Shown piece by piece: positions 11,187-24,219 of a DNA stretch of 64,000 nucleotides. Both the position numbers and the translations under genes were made by a program. The stretch is from an uncultured Gammaproteobacteria bacterium (lineage in GTDB: Bacteria > Patescibacteriota > Microgenomatia > Levybacterales > UBA12049). The stretch's first letter is position 1, and every line of letters begins with the position of its first letter. The notes below the pieces were generated by a model. The model was not told the origin of the DNA, made no database searches, and was given only the letters and a program-made list of their open reading frames with translations. Location: assembly GCA_964416445.1 (NCBI GenBank), contig CAYQEE010000006.1, forward strand, positions 21,230 through 85,229. Direction: 5' to 3'.

Positions 11187-12041
11187 TTATATCGAAAAAT
11201 TTCGGAATACCTCAAGAATGCCATGATCATCCACATGAGGAGCAAGAAAATAATTTCCTTCACCTTTTGTCGTAATCATTTCTTTTAACTCATTTGTTGC
11301 ATTTCCCATGGCAGCAACGTACTGGCACAATGACATAAATTGCCAATCACCAATGTTATCACCAACGCCTAACACATGGTCAAAAGTAAGCCCGAGACTT
11401 TGTATGACTTCTTGTGCACCGTAGGTTTTTGAAATACCTGACGCGGTTATCATTGCCACCTCAATTGGTAATAATGCTGGGTTGCTGCTCCATGTTGTCG
11501 TTGTTGTTTTCTGATAGCGGGTAAGAATTGTTTTAATGGTATTTTTTTGGTGGTTGTTATGAGAGAAGGCATTAATGCGAATAATATTTTCATTTTTTGC
11601 TAACTTCGTTAGATCATCAGAGAGGTGTGGTTCTTGTTGCATAAAAATTATTCTTTTTTGCGTGAGTGCTCCAGATTGACTTGTTTGGACAAAATAGTTT
11701 TTGTCAGTAAAAACTTCGAGATAGATATGAGATTTGATAAATGCAGTAAGTAATGCGTGAACAATTTTTCTATCGAAGGAATGTTTACTCAGTACCTTAT
11801 TTGCGAGCGGATCAATAATGAGAGCTCCATTATCCGTAATATGAGGATTATGCAACTGGGCATGGTGAATCGTTGGTAATTTAGCAAAATAATAGCTTCC
11901 GGTACATAAAATTACGGGAATACCTTTCTGCCGAATTTGTTTCAATTTGTCAATAACAGAACGATGAGGATTTGGGTAATTGATACCTAATTGTGAACCG
12001 ACAAGAACACCATCAACATCAAGAATTACTGCTTCAATCAT
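11187..12041 (-). CDS. Cof-type HAD hydrolase
   Basis: LDVDGVL, CTG, SK..G, GVGDNIGD, AMGNA. Confidence 0.9.
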   Translation of the reverse strand: MIEAVILDVDGVLVGSQLGINYPNPHRSVIDKLKQIRQKGIPVILCTGSYYFAKLPTIHHAQLHNPHITDNGALIIDPLANKVLSKHSFDRKIVHALLTAFIKSHIYLEVFTDKNYFVQTSQSGALTQKRIIFMQQEPHLSDDLTKLAKNENIIRINAFSHNNHQKNTIKTILTRYQKTTTTTWSSNPALLPIEVAMITASGISKTYGAQEVIQSLGLTFDHVLGVGDNIGDWQFMSLCQYVAAMGNATNELKEMITTKGEGNYFLAPHVDDHGILEVFRNFSI

Positions 12042-12128
12042 CGCAAATGCTTTCGTATTTTAACAAAGTTTAAAAGAATTAGTGAATGTACTCTGTAGCA
12101 TTATTTGTCATTGGAGTATACTATGAGT

Positions 12129-12476
12129 ATGAAAAAAAATTATCAAGAGTTAACGAATGAAATTGCCCGTTCAGGGGGGTTACAAACAGACTTACGTCCG
12201 TATTTTGATCCAATCTATACTTCATGGATGCAGGGAGATTTCTTACGAAAGATATGGCATTCGAAAAAGTATCCATCTATTAAAATTTTTGTAGGTTTAT
12301 TTTTCTTTATTCTCCCAAGTAGTATATGGATTATCGGAGGATTTTTTTCTCAAGCAGCACGTAATGAAGCTTTGGTAGGAACATTATTTCTTCTCTCGCT
12401 CGTAAGTATGTATGGATATATTGGAATACAATTACTACTTCGTGGGCTTCGTGATCTGAGAACTACAAAAAAATAA
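12129..12476 (+). CDS. Hypothetical membrane protein (2 TM)
   Basis: Two hydrophobic helices; TATACT 6 nt before ATG. Confidence 0.65.
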   Translation: MKKNYQELTNEIARSGGLQTDLRPYFDPIYTSWMQGDFLRKIWHSKKYPSIKIFVGLFFFILPSSIWIIGGFFSQAARNEALVGTLFLLSLVSMYGYIGIQLLLRGLRDLRTTKK

Positions 12477-12477
12477 T

Positions 12478-14292
12478 TTATTCAGTTGTCTCAGGTGCTT
12501 TGTTCTTTCGTCCCATTTTTTGGGTGATGTTTATAAAGAATATTTTTTTTGCAAGGAGAAAACTCCAAAGCAGCCCAATACCAAAGAGGAGAAATGAAAT
12601 ACCAGAAATGAGATTACTGATTTTTCGAAGGGGTGTATCAGTCAGTTGTAACGTAATCGTGTGTGCACCTGCTTGGGTTGTTAACTCAATAAAACCAAAT
12701 AAGTTATCAGATCGAATTGGTGTTTGTTTTCCATCAACATATGCTTTCCAACCAGGATATTGATGGACATAAAAAATAAACTGAGTGGGAACTTCAGAAA
12801 CAAGGCGGTATTCTTTTTTCGTGGTGTTGTCCGTAAAACGAGTAATATGCGCTTTTCCTGATATAAGTTTAATTTGACTTTGTGGTGTTGAAGCTTTATC
12901 AGGATTGATAATAGCACCTTTAGGCATGTATCCTATTTCAGGAACGGTCGATGAAAAATCTTGCGTTTGTGCCATATCAAACGAAGAGGCAAAACTGCTT
13001 AACCATTGCGCCGGATGCAAATACCACGCTGATAACAGAAAAACGATGATGACACTCACAAAGTAGATGCTATATTGCACTACGGTGTTTCGAATATTCC
13101 AGAGGAGATATCCCCCAAGAATTGCCGAAAGAAAAATGGTAACCGATAAAAATCGCCAAGGGTATTGAATAAGCGCAACATACGGGTTACTTTCCCAAAT
13201 TCGTTGTGTTACTGGTAATGTTAAACAACATACGAGAACAAAAATGCTTATCGTGCCAACAAGCAATATATTCATTGCCTGCGTTTGTTTTTCCCACCGC
13301 CACCAGAGAATACCAATTGCTGTAAAAAAAATAACCCAATTACTTATACCGACTTGAAAGGATAAATCATCTGAACAATCGGGAACGGAAATACCATATC
13401 CCCAATTGGGAGTAAATAATTGTTGGATGCAGACAAAATGTTGATGAAAATCATAGTACCCACTATGGAGATACATTGGTTGAATAAAGGATTGTTCAAA
13501 TACAAGAGGAATAAGAAAAAAAGATGATAAACACGCACCAAAAAGAAAACTTCCGAGAAACAAAAATAACAGCATAAAATTCTTATCAACAAACGCAAGA
13601 TAGAAAAGGTAAAAAAAGATAAACGGCAAAAACATAATAAGTGTGGGAGGATGGGCAGTCAAAAGACTCGCTACGGAAAGACTTGTTAGGAGAAAATAAA
13701 ACAGTTTTTTTGTCGTTGCATATCGTTTCATTGACCAAAAAAGGAAAGGGATAATGGTTAGTGCTAAAAATTCAGGAAGCGCTGCGCGGACAAAAATATC
13801 CAGAATATGATAGGGAGCATAGAGGTAAATAATCCCTGAAAATAATGCAGGAACTTTTCCAAAATATTCTTTTGTAAATGCATACATTGTGATGCCCGAT
13901 AATACCCAGAGAATACCAACTTCTATTTTAAGAGACGTAGTATTTGCGAACCCAAGCATTCGAGGAATTTGGAACAAATAGTAAAAAAGTGGTTGATAAA
14001 AAGTGAATAAGGGTTGATTAAAACCAGGATGTACCCAATCAATCCAACGAACAGGAATTTGTCCGGCGATAACTGCTTTCGTAAAAAGAAGGAGATAAAT
14101 AACATGGGTTTGAATATCATGTCCTGAAAAAATACCATCGTGGGAAAGCAGATAAAAGGGAATAAGAAACAGAAAAAGAGACAAAAAAATACCTGCTTTT
14201 AGCATAACAAGTAATCCAGAAGTATTTTTTTGTTGCGCTGGTTTTTGTTGTGTCCGATAGAGTTGTTGCTGGTGTTTTTTCTTGCGTTTCAT
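12478..14292 (-). CDS. GT-C-type multi-TM protein (YfhO / PTPS-related membrane protein family)
   Basis: GHD..TH, PVRW, QYPWRFL, C-terminal YPGWKAYVDGK. Confidence 0.8.
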   Translation of the reverse strand: MKRKKKHQQQLYRTQQKPAQQKNTSGLLVMLKAGIFLSLFLFLIPFYLLSHDGIFSGHDIQTHVIYLLLFTKAVIAGQIPVRWIDWVHPGFNQPLFTFYQPLFYYLFQIPRMLGFANTTSLKIEVGILWVLSGITMYAFTKEYFGKVPALFSGIIYLYAPYHILDIFVRAALPEFLALTIIPFLFWSMKRYATTKKLFYFLLTSLSVASLLTAHPPTLIMFLPFIFFYLFYLAFVDKNFMLLFLFLGSFLFGACLSSFFLIPLVFEQSFIQPMYLHSGYYDFHQHFVCIQQLFTPNWGYGISVPDCSDDLSFQVGISNWVIFFTAIGILWWRWEKQTQAMNILLVGTISIFVLVCCLTLPVTQRIWESNPYVALIQYPWRFLSVTIFLSAILGGYLLWNIRNTVVQYSIYFVSVIIVFLLSAWYLHPAQWLSSFASSFDMAQTQDFSSTVPEIGYMPKGAIINPDKASTPQSQIKLISGKAHITRFTDNTTKKEYRLVSEVPTQFIFYVHQYPGWKAYVDGKQTPIRSDNLFGFIELTTQAGAHTITLQLTDTPLRKISNLISGISFLLFGIGLLWSFLLAKKIFFINITQKMGRKNKAPETTE

Positions 14293-14293
14293 A

Positions 14294-16945
14294 TTACTGT
14301 ATTGGTTGAATCGTATTTAACAGTTGATAAAACGATGCCATTTGTGGCGAATCTGCAGGGGATGCCGTTATTTCATAAATTACAGTATCTTTTTGTAAAA
14401 CAAAAAAGAGCAATGCTTTTCCTGTTGGTAATCCGTAAATTTTTACTGTGGTTTGGAATCCAGGAATAGTATAGGGTTTTGTAGCAAGAAGCACACCTGT
14501 TGGAGGTTGCAAAGAGGAAGTTGCAAGGTACGAATCAACTGTTTCTTGACTGGTGAGTTGGTGACCATGAATAGCTATGGATAATTGGGGATTTGTTACA
14601 GTACTAATATCCCCATTTGCATAAGAGAAACCAGGAGGAACTTGGAAAGAGAGAACATTTTGTTTATCAGTAATTGAAGTCCACCCATTTTGTGTCGGTC
14701 CATTCCCTGTTTGAGAAATTGGTTGGTTAGTTAGGTGAGCTAGTTCGTTTCGTGCATTTTGATAAATTTCTTGAGATGAATCAGTTAGTTGTAACACTGC
14801 TTTAAACTCATTCACTGCATTCTGGATAGCTCCTGATTTTTCATACGATAATCCCAAATTATAATGAATTTCAGGAGTTTGTGAGGTATGCAGTAAGGTA
14901 TTTTGATAGAATGAAATAGCTGAACTATATTGATTCTGCTTAAACATATAATTCCCAATATCACCGAGAAGGTTTGGTTCATATTGGGAAATAGCTAGTC
15001 CTTTTTTAAAACTCGCAATTGCTTGCGGAGAATTTCCATGATCAATATACCAATCGGCAAGTGTTTGGTAAGCATAAATATAATCATCTTGAATATTTTG
15101 GAAGGCACCAATATAATTCCGTTCAATATAAAAAGGTGACGTTTGCATTGCTGAGTGGATTTGAAACTGAAAAGCGTTGAAATTTGGTTGTTCGGTGCTT
15201 GAGGCGTATACAACTCGTAACGTGAGTCCATTGGGTATTAGCTTAAATCGATTATCTAATTGGAGTTCGCCTGATGTTGTCCCGGCAAGTGCTGAAGCAC
15301 GAAGTGCCAGGGGAGTAATATAAATAGGGTGTTTTGCAATATTATCTGCAATTAACGTGTTCATTGCTCGATTATATTCATCAAAATGTTTGTATTGAAT
15401 AATATTTTCAATTTTTGAAGAAACATACACAGGTGTTGCATGACGGATATCATCACGATACCATTTATTCACATAAAATGTATTTACCGTGATGGGAGTA
15501 ATATCGCGACGATAAATATCTGCCTCATGCAGATAATAGGTAAGTGAATTAAAAAAATCTCCTGAACCGAGAATTATAGCATTTTTTTCAAGAGGAAAGT
15601 ATAAATTATATCCATAATCTTTGCTGTAATAATGATGGCTTCTATTCAAGGCACCAATCCATACAAGAAGCGGGAGAATGCAGAGACATGTTAAGAGAAT
15701 TTTTTGGACAGGTGTTTTCGTGATGTATTGGAAAGAAAAATAAAACCCAATTCCAATAAAAATTGCCATAAAAATCCAAACAGGAATAAACCATGATTCT
15801 TGATTTCCTGAGAAATATAATCCCGCATAAGTAACATCGGTCAATGGAGCGAGTAATAATAGGATAAGTATTGTCTTATTTTTTTTCCACAAAACATACA
15901 TTCCCAGAGGAGCCAGAAGAATAACAAATGGAGTAAATTGAATAAAGAAGAGATAAAGAAAATAGAATACTGATTGAATAAAAACTAACGGGGATCCTGT
16001 AAAACCGTTGATGGTATTTGTTTGGGGTTCATAAATATTGAGTCCTTTTCCTTGAAGTTGTCCAATAAAAAGCGGGAGCGTTTGTGGATTTCCCCAGTTT
16101 ACAAAAGGATAACTTCTTGCACGAACGGGAAGATAACTATATATTACCAAAACAGCAAGAAAAAAGCTTACTCCTACGATTAGTAATTTTCTTTGAGTTA
16201 AACTGTCACGAAAGATAAATAATAAGTAAAGGTAAATCGGGAGAAATACTGCGATTGTTGGGTTTGCACCAGTACCAATTCCGAAAGCAACAGCAATAAG
16301 GATAATCCATCGAAATATTATTGCATCAAATGTTTTATCAGGATTTTTTTGCATTTTAAAAGCTACATATTTTTGTAATAATCGCAAGCAAATGTATACA
16401 AAAATAGTCAGTAACGCATAGGTAAAAATGAAGGCTTCGGTATTTTCTGATTGTGACCAATATTCGTATGAGAATGCTAAGCTCATTGTTGCAAAAAATG
16501 CTGCAAGATGGGAAAGATAGGGATGACTTGTTGCGACTGATTGCGTTTCCGTATCTCCAGTGCTTGTTAAGAATTGAGTATCGATGAGAAGTAAAATAAT
16601 GTTGTACAAAAAGAAGAGTAAAATAAGCGACCAAACAATTGTAAATAATTCCAGTCGGGTTAATACGGAAGCAAATGGTAAAATGGCGAAAAAGTGAGAA
16701 ATAAGCATATACAGAGGAAATCCGGGAGGATTGGGAATACCGAGTGACTTTGACGCTGCAATCATTGTTCCAGAATCAATCCAAAGAATTGATGGAGGTT
16801 TGGTGAGAAAGTAGACAATTCCAGCAAAAATTAAAATAAGAGGAAGAAGATAGCGTATATGCACTATAATGAACAAGTATATTTTTTGAAAAATTCTTTC
16901 ACATTGTTCTGAAAATAAAATCCAATACTTTCTTATTGCTTCCAT
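14294..16945 (-). CDS. DUF2723/TMEM260-like GT-C protein with TPR repeats and C-terminal soluble domain
   Basis: DSG.M..A...LGIPNPPGFPLY, YLPVRA, NWGNP; TPR region (IHYNLGLSY); start may lie upstream at 17080. Confidence 0.82.
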   Translation of the reverse strand: MEAIRKYWILFSEQCERIFQKIYLFIIVHIRYLLPLILIFAGIVYFLTKPPSILWIDSGTMIAASKSLGIPNPPGFPLYMLISHFFAILPFASVLTRLELFTIVWSLILLFFLYNIILLLIDTQFLTSTGDTETQSVATSHPYLSHLAAFFATMSLAFSYEYWSQSENTEAFIFTYALLTIFVYICLRLLQKYVAFKMQKNPDKTFDAIIFRWIILIAVAFGIGTGANPTIAVFLPIYLYLLFIFRDSLTQRKLLIVGVSFFLAVLVIYSYLPVRARSYPFVNWGNPQTLPLFIGQLQGKGLNIYEPQTNTINGFTGSPLVFIQSVFYFLYLFFIQFTPFVILLAPLGMYVLWKKNKTILILLLLAPLTDVTYAGLYFSGNQESWFIPVWIFMAIFIGIGFYFSFQYITKTPVQKILLTCLCILPLLVWIGALNRSHHYYSKDYGYNLYFPLEKNAIILGSGDFFNSLTYYLHEADIYRRDITPITVNTFYVNKWYRDDIRHATPVYVSSKIENIIQYKHFDEYNRAMNTLIADNIAKHPIYITPLALRASALAGTTSGELQLDNRFKLIPNGLTLRVVYASSTEQPNFNAFQFQIHSAMQTSPFYIERNYIGAFQNIQDDYIYAYQTLADWYIDHGNSPQAIASFKKGLAISQYEPNLLGDIGNYMFKQNQYSSAISFYQNTLLHTSQTPEIHYNLGLSYEKSGAIQNAVNEFKAVLQLTDSSQEIYQNARNELAHLTNQPISQTGNGPTQNGWTSITDKQNVLSFQVPPGFSYANGDISTVTNPQLSIAIHGHQLTSQETVDSYLATSSLQPPTGVLLATKPYTIPGFQTTVKIYGLPTGKALLFFVLQKDTVIYEITASPADSPQMASFYQLLNTIQPIQ

Positions 16946-17330
16946 AATTAAGATGCGGTGAGCTTTGTTACTAGTTATATCATATATTGCTGAGTGAGTG
17001 GAAAATATTTTTACGTATTCACGAAGTCTACTAAGTACTGCTGTTTGCACTCCAATCCTGAGGGCAGTTAGTCTTTTCATGGTAATAAATTCGTTAATAA
17101 TTGCAACTATCTTTTTTCAATACTTTTATAACCTCATAGTATTTTCTTCATACCATAAATAACCTAATCCATTCATTAGGTCTCCCTCCAGCTTCTCAAA
17201 TAGATAATCAATTGTAAAGTAGAACGTTTCTCAAGTATTTTATGAGAAAGTATTGTTGGTATAAACAAATAAAAAACTAAAAAAAGAAAGAGATTAATTT
17301 TGGTTGGTTCGATGTCTTATAATACTCTTT

Positions 17331-17633
17331 TTATACAGGTAAGGGTTTTTGGATTTTCTCAGGAACTGCTTCAATGCCAAGAAATATCTCAACGCCTTTT
17401 CTGGTAATTTTAATAATCCCTAGTTCTATCGGTATTTCTTTCGTTTGATCGTCTAGAAGATAAATAATAATTTTTTCTCTAATTGCTGAAATAAAATTGG
17501 TATGTTTTTCAACCACATCAAACGGACCGAGTTCATTAATCAATGTTGCTGCCTTTACATCACCTGCAAAAATTGTTCCTGTTGGACCATTGACTTCCAG
17601 ATGAAATTTTGATGGTTTTAGTATATGTACCAT
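17331..17633 (-). CDS. atpC: F1 epsilon-like subunit (N-terminal beta-sandwich only)
   Basis: LEVNGPTGTIFAGDV, GPFDVVEKHTNFIS; last gene of operon. Confidence 0.75.
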   Translation of the reverse strand: MVHILKPSKFHLEVNGPTGTIFAGDVKAATLINELGPFDVVEKHTNFISAIREKIIIYLLDDQTKEIPIELGIIKITRKGVEIFLGIEAVPEKIQKPLPV

Positions 17634-17639
17634 AAAGAG

Positions 17640-19892
<2,253 letters not shown>

Positions 19893-19902
<10 letters not shown>

Positions 19903-21353
19903 AATTTCATAATTTGATCTTTATGAGTTAAGACATTTTGCAAAAAATCATTAAAGGTTTTTGCGGTAAAGCACGAATCGAAAAGTGCTTTTGTTTCAGG
20001 CGTCTCAGCAGCTTTTTGTAATTTGGTACGAATTTGTGGAATTTTTTCAATTTCTTTAATTTGATCCACCCAAATGAGACTAAAGAGAATGAGTTGTACT
20101 TGTTCTTCAACAATGGCCATAAACGGTTGTTCGAAAAAAGAAAATATTGTATCGCCTTTTTTGAGAATATTAATCACGTTATCAGTCAATTCGGTACCAA
20201 AATGGGAAAGATCTTGCATGCGTTCATACAGCGTTAAAAAAGCAGTTAACTCTCGGGTAATATCTCGATTGAGTTGTGATTGGGTTTGTCTTCCCGCACG
20301 GGTAACAGAAATATGCACATTAATTGCAGGTCGTCGACCGTTATAGAATATTTCACTATCAAATAAGATGTGTCCGTCTGTAATACCCATTAAATTGGTT
20401 TGAATATATCCCGTGATATCTCCCTCAATGGTTTCAACTACAGGAAGACAGGTAATAGAAACTTCACCTTTTGCCGGATGTTTGAAGTTCCCTGCACGTT
20501 CAAGAAGTCGAGCGTGGGTATAGAAAATATCTCCCGGATAACTATCTCGTCCCGGGAAATTATTGGAAACTAACGATAACTCTCGGTAGAATCGAGCATG
20601 GGCATACAGATCGTCAAGAATAATAAGGACATCTTTACCTTGCTCAGCGAAATACTCAGCTAATGTCATGCTCGCAAACGGAGTAACATAAATCGTACTT
20701 GCGGGATCATATGCACTGGAGGCGACGACCACGACTTTATCTCGTAATCCTTCTTCAATTAGTAACTCTTCAATTGCTTTAATATCGCTTTTTTTCTTTC
20801 CAATAATACAGTAAATAGCCACTGTTCCTTCTTTGATTTGTTTTTTAATCGTATTTAATACAAATGCGGATTTTCCTGTTTTTCGATCACCCATGACTAA
20901 CTCTTTTTGACCTTTTCCCAGCGGAATCATCATATCAACAAGTGTTGTTCCTGTTTTAAATGGTCGAGTAATTCTCGCTCGACTTTTAATACCCGGTGGT
21001 CTTGTATCAACTGGGCGAAATTTCACATCTACGGGATGTAATTTCGTGTCATCAAGGGAATTTCCTAAAGGATCAATAAGCATTCCCAATAAATGATCAC
21101 CAACAGGAATCGAGAGCGTGGTTTGTGTACGAACAACCTTTGTCCCAACAGGAATTTTTTCCTGAGAGAACAGTAAAATAGTGACACTATCCCGATTGAG
21201 TCCGATTACCCAACCTTTTTGCCCTGTTTCAAATAACACGAGTTCTCGTAATTTAACATACGGGAGTCCTTTGGCAATCAGAATAGGAGTATTGACTTGA
21301 TCAACCTCACCATATTCACCAAAGGTGGTTAAATAGTATTGATAATCTTGCAT
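19893..21353 (-). CDS. atpA: F1 alpha-like subunit
   Basis: GKGQKELVMGDRKTGKS, PGRDSYPGD, ITDGHI, SVTRAG (Arg finger). Confidence 0.95.
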
Positions 21354-21358
21354 CGTTT

Positions 21359-21829
21359 TTATTCTTTTTTATCTTGAATATATTTTTTTAGTGTGTAATC
21401 TCTGGCAAGTCCTCCGGAACCAATAATTGCGCCCGCGATGAGAGTTGGATCTACTTCGATTTTGAAAAGAACTGATCTTTGGTAATTTTTTCGGAACCAC
21501 TCTGCCATCATATCCAACATATTTTCTGTAGGTTGGATTGGCAGAGAGAGTTCAATGAGAGGAAGTGCTGATATTGTCTCTTTGAGAGAAGTAATAAAGT
21601 TTTGCATATCGGTACTATTCGTTTTATTGATTGCATTTGCCGACATAAGTTGTTCGAATTGTTCTTTTTTTTCGTATGACATTATTGTTTTTAAATAAGA
21701 ATCTAGATCCATTTTTTGTGAATAGATACTATTGACCAGTTCATCAAGTTGCCAAAAAAACGCATCAGCGTCTGCTTTTGTCCGAACTAATTGCGTCAAG
21801 TTTTCTTCAGCCAATTTATATGGTGTCAC
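21359..21829 (-). CDS. atpH: F1 delta/OSCP-like subunit
   Basis: C-terminal EVDPTLIAGAII..G...DYTL; directly upstream of alpha. Confidence 0.75.
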   Translation of the reverse strand: MTPYKLAEENLTQLVRTKADADAFFWQLDELVNSIYSQKMDLDSYLKTIMSYEKKEQFEQLMSANAINKTNSTDMQNFITSLKETISALPLIELSLPIQPTENMLDMMAEWFRKNYQRSVLFKIEVDPTLIAGAIIGSGGLARDYTLKKYIQDKKE

Positions 21830-22499
21830 GTAATAATATATCCTCCTTTTTGGCTTTCTCTAAGGAATCGAGGAGTAATTTTTCATGGTCAGATGTTGAG
21901 ATTGCTCGGCCTAAAAATTCTAATGATACTTTGTGAACGACAGACGTGACATCATTAGCAATTTTATCCATTTGTTCTTTTTTATATGCCTGAAGTTCTT
22001 CCTGCATTTTTTTGAATGATTCATCTGCTTGTTTAACCAAGGTCTCTTGGACGCTTGAGGTTTTATTTGAAAATTCAGCGAGATATGCGTTCATATCATC
22101 TTGAGTGGTTTTGGAAATATTAGTGAACATATCCTGCGTTTGTTGTTCCACAGTCGCATGGAGCGTTTCTAAGTTTTTCTTATATTCACTAAGCAAATCT
22201 TGCACTGTTTTTGCAACAGTTGCGTCTGCATTATCAACAATTTTTTTATTCGTCTCAACAATTTCTTGTTCGAGTTGTGTTCCTTTTTCTGAAGCTTCAG
22301 CTAAAATCCGTTCAGCATCTTTATGGGCATGCAATAATACTTTTTTATAATTGTGAATTGTCCGTTTTTCTTTTTCTTCAAATTTTTCTTCAGCGTCGAA
22401 AACTTTTTTAAAAAAAAGTGCAAACCCGCCAATAGCAACCACTAAAAAACAGGTGAGTACCAACAATAATAAGCCTTCAGAAAGTATAGGCAGATTCAT
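21816..22499 (-). CDS. Subunit b-like stator (N-terminal TM plus long coiled coil)
   Basis: Single TM, charged helix, C-terminal LGRAISTSDHEKLL typical of b. Confidence 0.65.
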   Translation of the reverse strand: MNLPILSEGLLLLVLTCFLVVAIGGFALFFKKVFDAEEKFEEKEKRTIHNYKKVLLHAHKDAERILAEASEKGTQLEQEIVETNKKIVDNADATVAKTVQDLLSEYKKNLETLHATVEQQTQDMFTNISKTTQDDMNAYLAEFSNKTSSVQETLVKQADESFKKMQEELQAYKKEQMDKIANDVTSVVHKVSLEFLGRAISTSDHEKLLLDSLEKAKKEDILLRDTI

Positions 22500-22505
22500 A
22501 TACTT

Positions 22506-23393
22506 TTATAATCTTAACACAAGAAAACCCATAACAAAACCAGTTGCTAAAATAACAATGGCGATAAAGACATTCAGTGCCATACCAATATGAATTTCAG
22601 TACTTGAAAGAGGGTTTCGTCCTAACGCATCAATACCTTTATTTGCTGTCCGTGAAATTAGCACAAAAGCAAATAACAGTGCTAGTGCTACAATACCCCC
22701 AGCGAGAACATACTTAAAAACTAAACTTGGTTGTTCATAGGTTGCCAAGGTACTTAAAGCAAAGATATCAAGTAAACTGGAACGAATATTTGCATTGCCA
22801 ATGAAATAGTGAATATTAAGACTGATAGGAATTTTCCCAATTGTTTTCGGATTACTTGCTGTATAGTCACTGAGCGCAACGCCAATAGTATAACCTGGTG
22901 CGGAAGCTTTTTGTCCAATACCTGAGATAGTGGAACTCGTAATAAAATCACCTTTTTTAATTGGTCCATTGCTTGTTGTAACAAGGATTTGTCCCTGCCC
23001 TGTTGCAACCACGGGATAGAAGGGAATAGGGCCTTGAATGTCTTGGGTAATTGCAGGATTTGCAGTAATAACGCCAACCATAAATTGATCACCGGGAGTT
23101 TTACTTAATGCATAAGTACCATCAGTAAATGAGACAATTTCTCCCTCGCGAATATTCGATGTGCCAATAGGATAATAGTTTGCAGGGGAATAAAGGGTGT
23201 TCGTATCAGTTGCTGCATAGGTAAAGTTTTTTAGTATGGAAGATTGAAAGGAAAAGAGAATAAGAATGATGAGTGAAGTTTCGAAAATTACAAATAACGA
23301 TCGTTTTATTCTAGTTGGTTGTCTCATAAGTACAAGAATAATGGATAAAAATATCCCTCTCATAAGCAAAGCATATTTATCAAAAAAATGCAA
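22506..23393 (-). CDS. Exported-domain protein fused to a subunit c-like helical hairpin
   Basis: N-terminal signal/TM, ~150 aa beta-rich domain (GPIKKGDFITSS..G.GQKA), C-terminal TM-GIDALGRNP-TM; occupies the atpE position; start may be 23327. Confidence 0.75.
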   Translation of the reverse strand: MHFFDKYALLMRGIFLSIILVLMRQPTRIKRSLFVIFETSLIILILFSFQSSILKNFTYAATDTNTLYSPANYYPIGTSNIREGEIVSFTDGTYALSKTPGDQFMVGVITANPAITQDIQGPIPFYPVVATGQGQILVTTSNGPIKKGDFITSSTISGIGQKASAPGYTIGVALSDYTASNPKTIGKIPISLNIHYFIGNANIRSSLLDIFALSTLATYEQPSLVFKYVLAGGIVALALLFAFVLISRTANKGIDALGRNPLSSTEIHIGMALNVFIAIVILATGFVMGFLVLRL

Positions 23394-23531
23394 AGAGGGT
23401 TTTTATTGATTTGGTAATCAGAATCATGATCCTTTCATAAAGAATGGATCTTTTATAATGGCCTATAAAATGGTAATTATTTGATTATTATTTTTAGAAG
23501 GATCTTACGAGAGGAAAAAAGGTGCTAAGAC

Positions 23532-23561
23532 AAAAAAATAAGATGAGAAACTCATCTTATT
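23532..23561 (-). terminator. Intrinsic terminator
   Basis: AATAAGATGAG-ttt-CTCATCTTATT plus T-run on minus strand. Confidence 0.75.
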
Positions 23562-23584
23562 AAAAACTCAATTTATACCTCAAG

Positions 23585-23731
23585 CTATTCAAGATTATCG
23601 AAATCTTCTGGAGTGTCGATATTTGATTTATCTGATTGACCAGACTGATTGGAAACTTCACCACCTTTTTGACCGATTGATTGATCATCGCCCGATGATT
23701 GTTTTTGTTGTTTTGTATCTTCTAACATCAT
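23585..23731 (-). CDS. 48-aa hydrophilic KGG-motif stress peptide
   Basis: MMLEDTKQQKQSSGDDQSIGQKGGEVSNQSGQSDKSNIDTPEDFDNLE; SD AGAAAGGAGG; terminator downstream. Confidence 0.75.
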   Translation of the reverse strand: MMLEDTKQQKQSSGDDQSIGQKGGEVSNQSGQSDKSNIDTPEDFDNLE

Positions 23732-23751
23732 AGAACCTCCTTTCTGATAAG

Positions 23752-23958
23752 TTATACTAATTGGTAATCTAGTAAAAAAACTCGTTTCATTTTCTGTTTA
23801 CTTATTTGGAAAATACGCTTTTCATAGTTATTAAGGAGGGAATGATATTTATGGATATAGGTAAATGTCTTTGCTTTATACATAGTAATAAATCCTATAC
23901 CCAATGGTAATAAAAAAGCTAATGTAATCTCAAAAGTTTGTAAAAAATCTTGGGTCAT
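23752..23958 (-). CDS. Possible small single-TM protein
   Basis: 68 aa with hydrophobic ITLAFLLPLGIGFIT. Confidence 0.35.
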   Translation of the reverse strand: MTQDFLQTFEITLAFLLPLGIGFITMYKAKTFTYIHKYHSLLNNYEKRIFQISKQKMKRVFLLDYQLV

Positions 23959-24219
23959 AATGACATTATCAAGGTTTACTTTTCAAAACAATATAAAAGT
24001 TATACAAGAATGTTTTTTTAACAATTTGAGAAGTAGCTCGTTTTACTTCAAACAATGGCGAAGTAGATAATGAAAGTTGCGGAAGCGAAATTCTTGGCAA
24101 CGTTCGTGTACCTAATGGTAATTGGACAGTATTCATGATTAATTACTATTTTAGGGCGGAAATGTAAAAAGAGTAATTTGGTATAGTAAGAGTTTTGCAA
24201 GAGGGAGAAAGGAGTAACA

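Noticed and set aside
17036-17075. ACTGC...GCAGT hairpin upstream of the DUF2723 gene as a riboswitch
   Set aside because: Short stem and no recognisable aptamer consensus
23752-23958. Candidate remnant of subunit a or AtpI
   Set aside because: Single TM, no subunit-a Arg motif, and separated from the operon by another gene and a terminator
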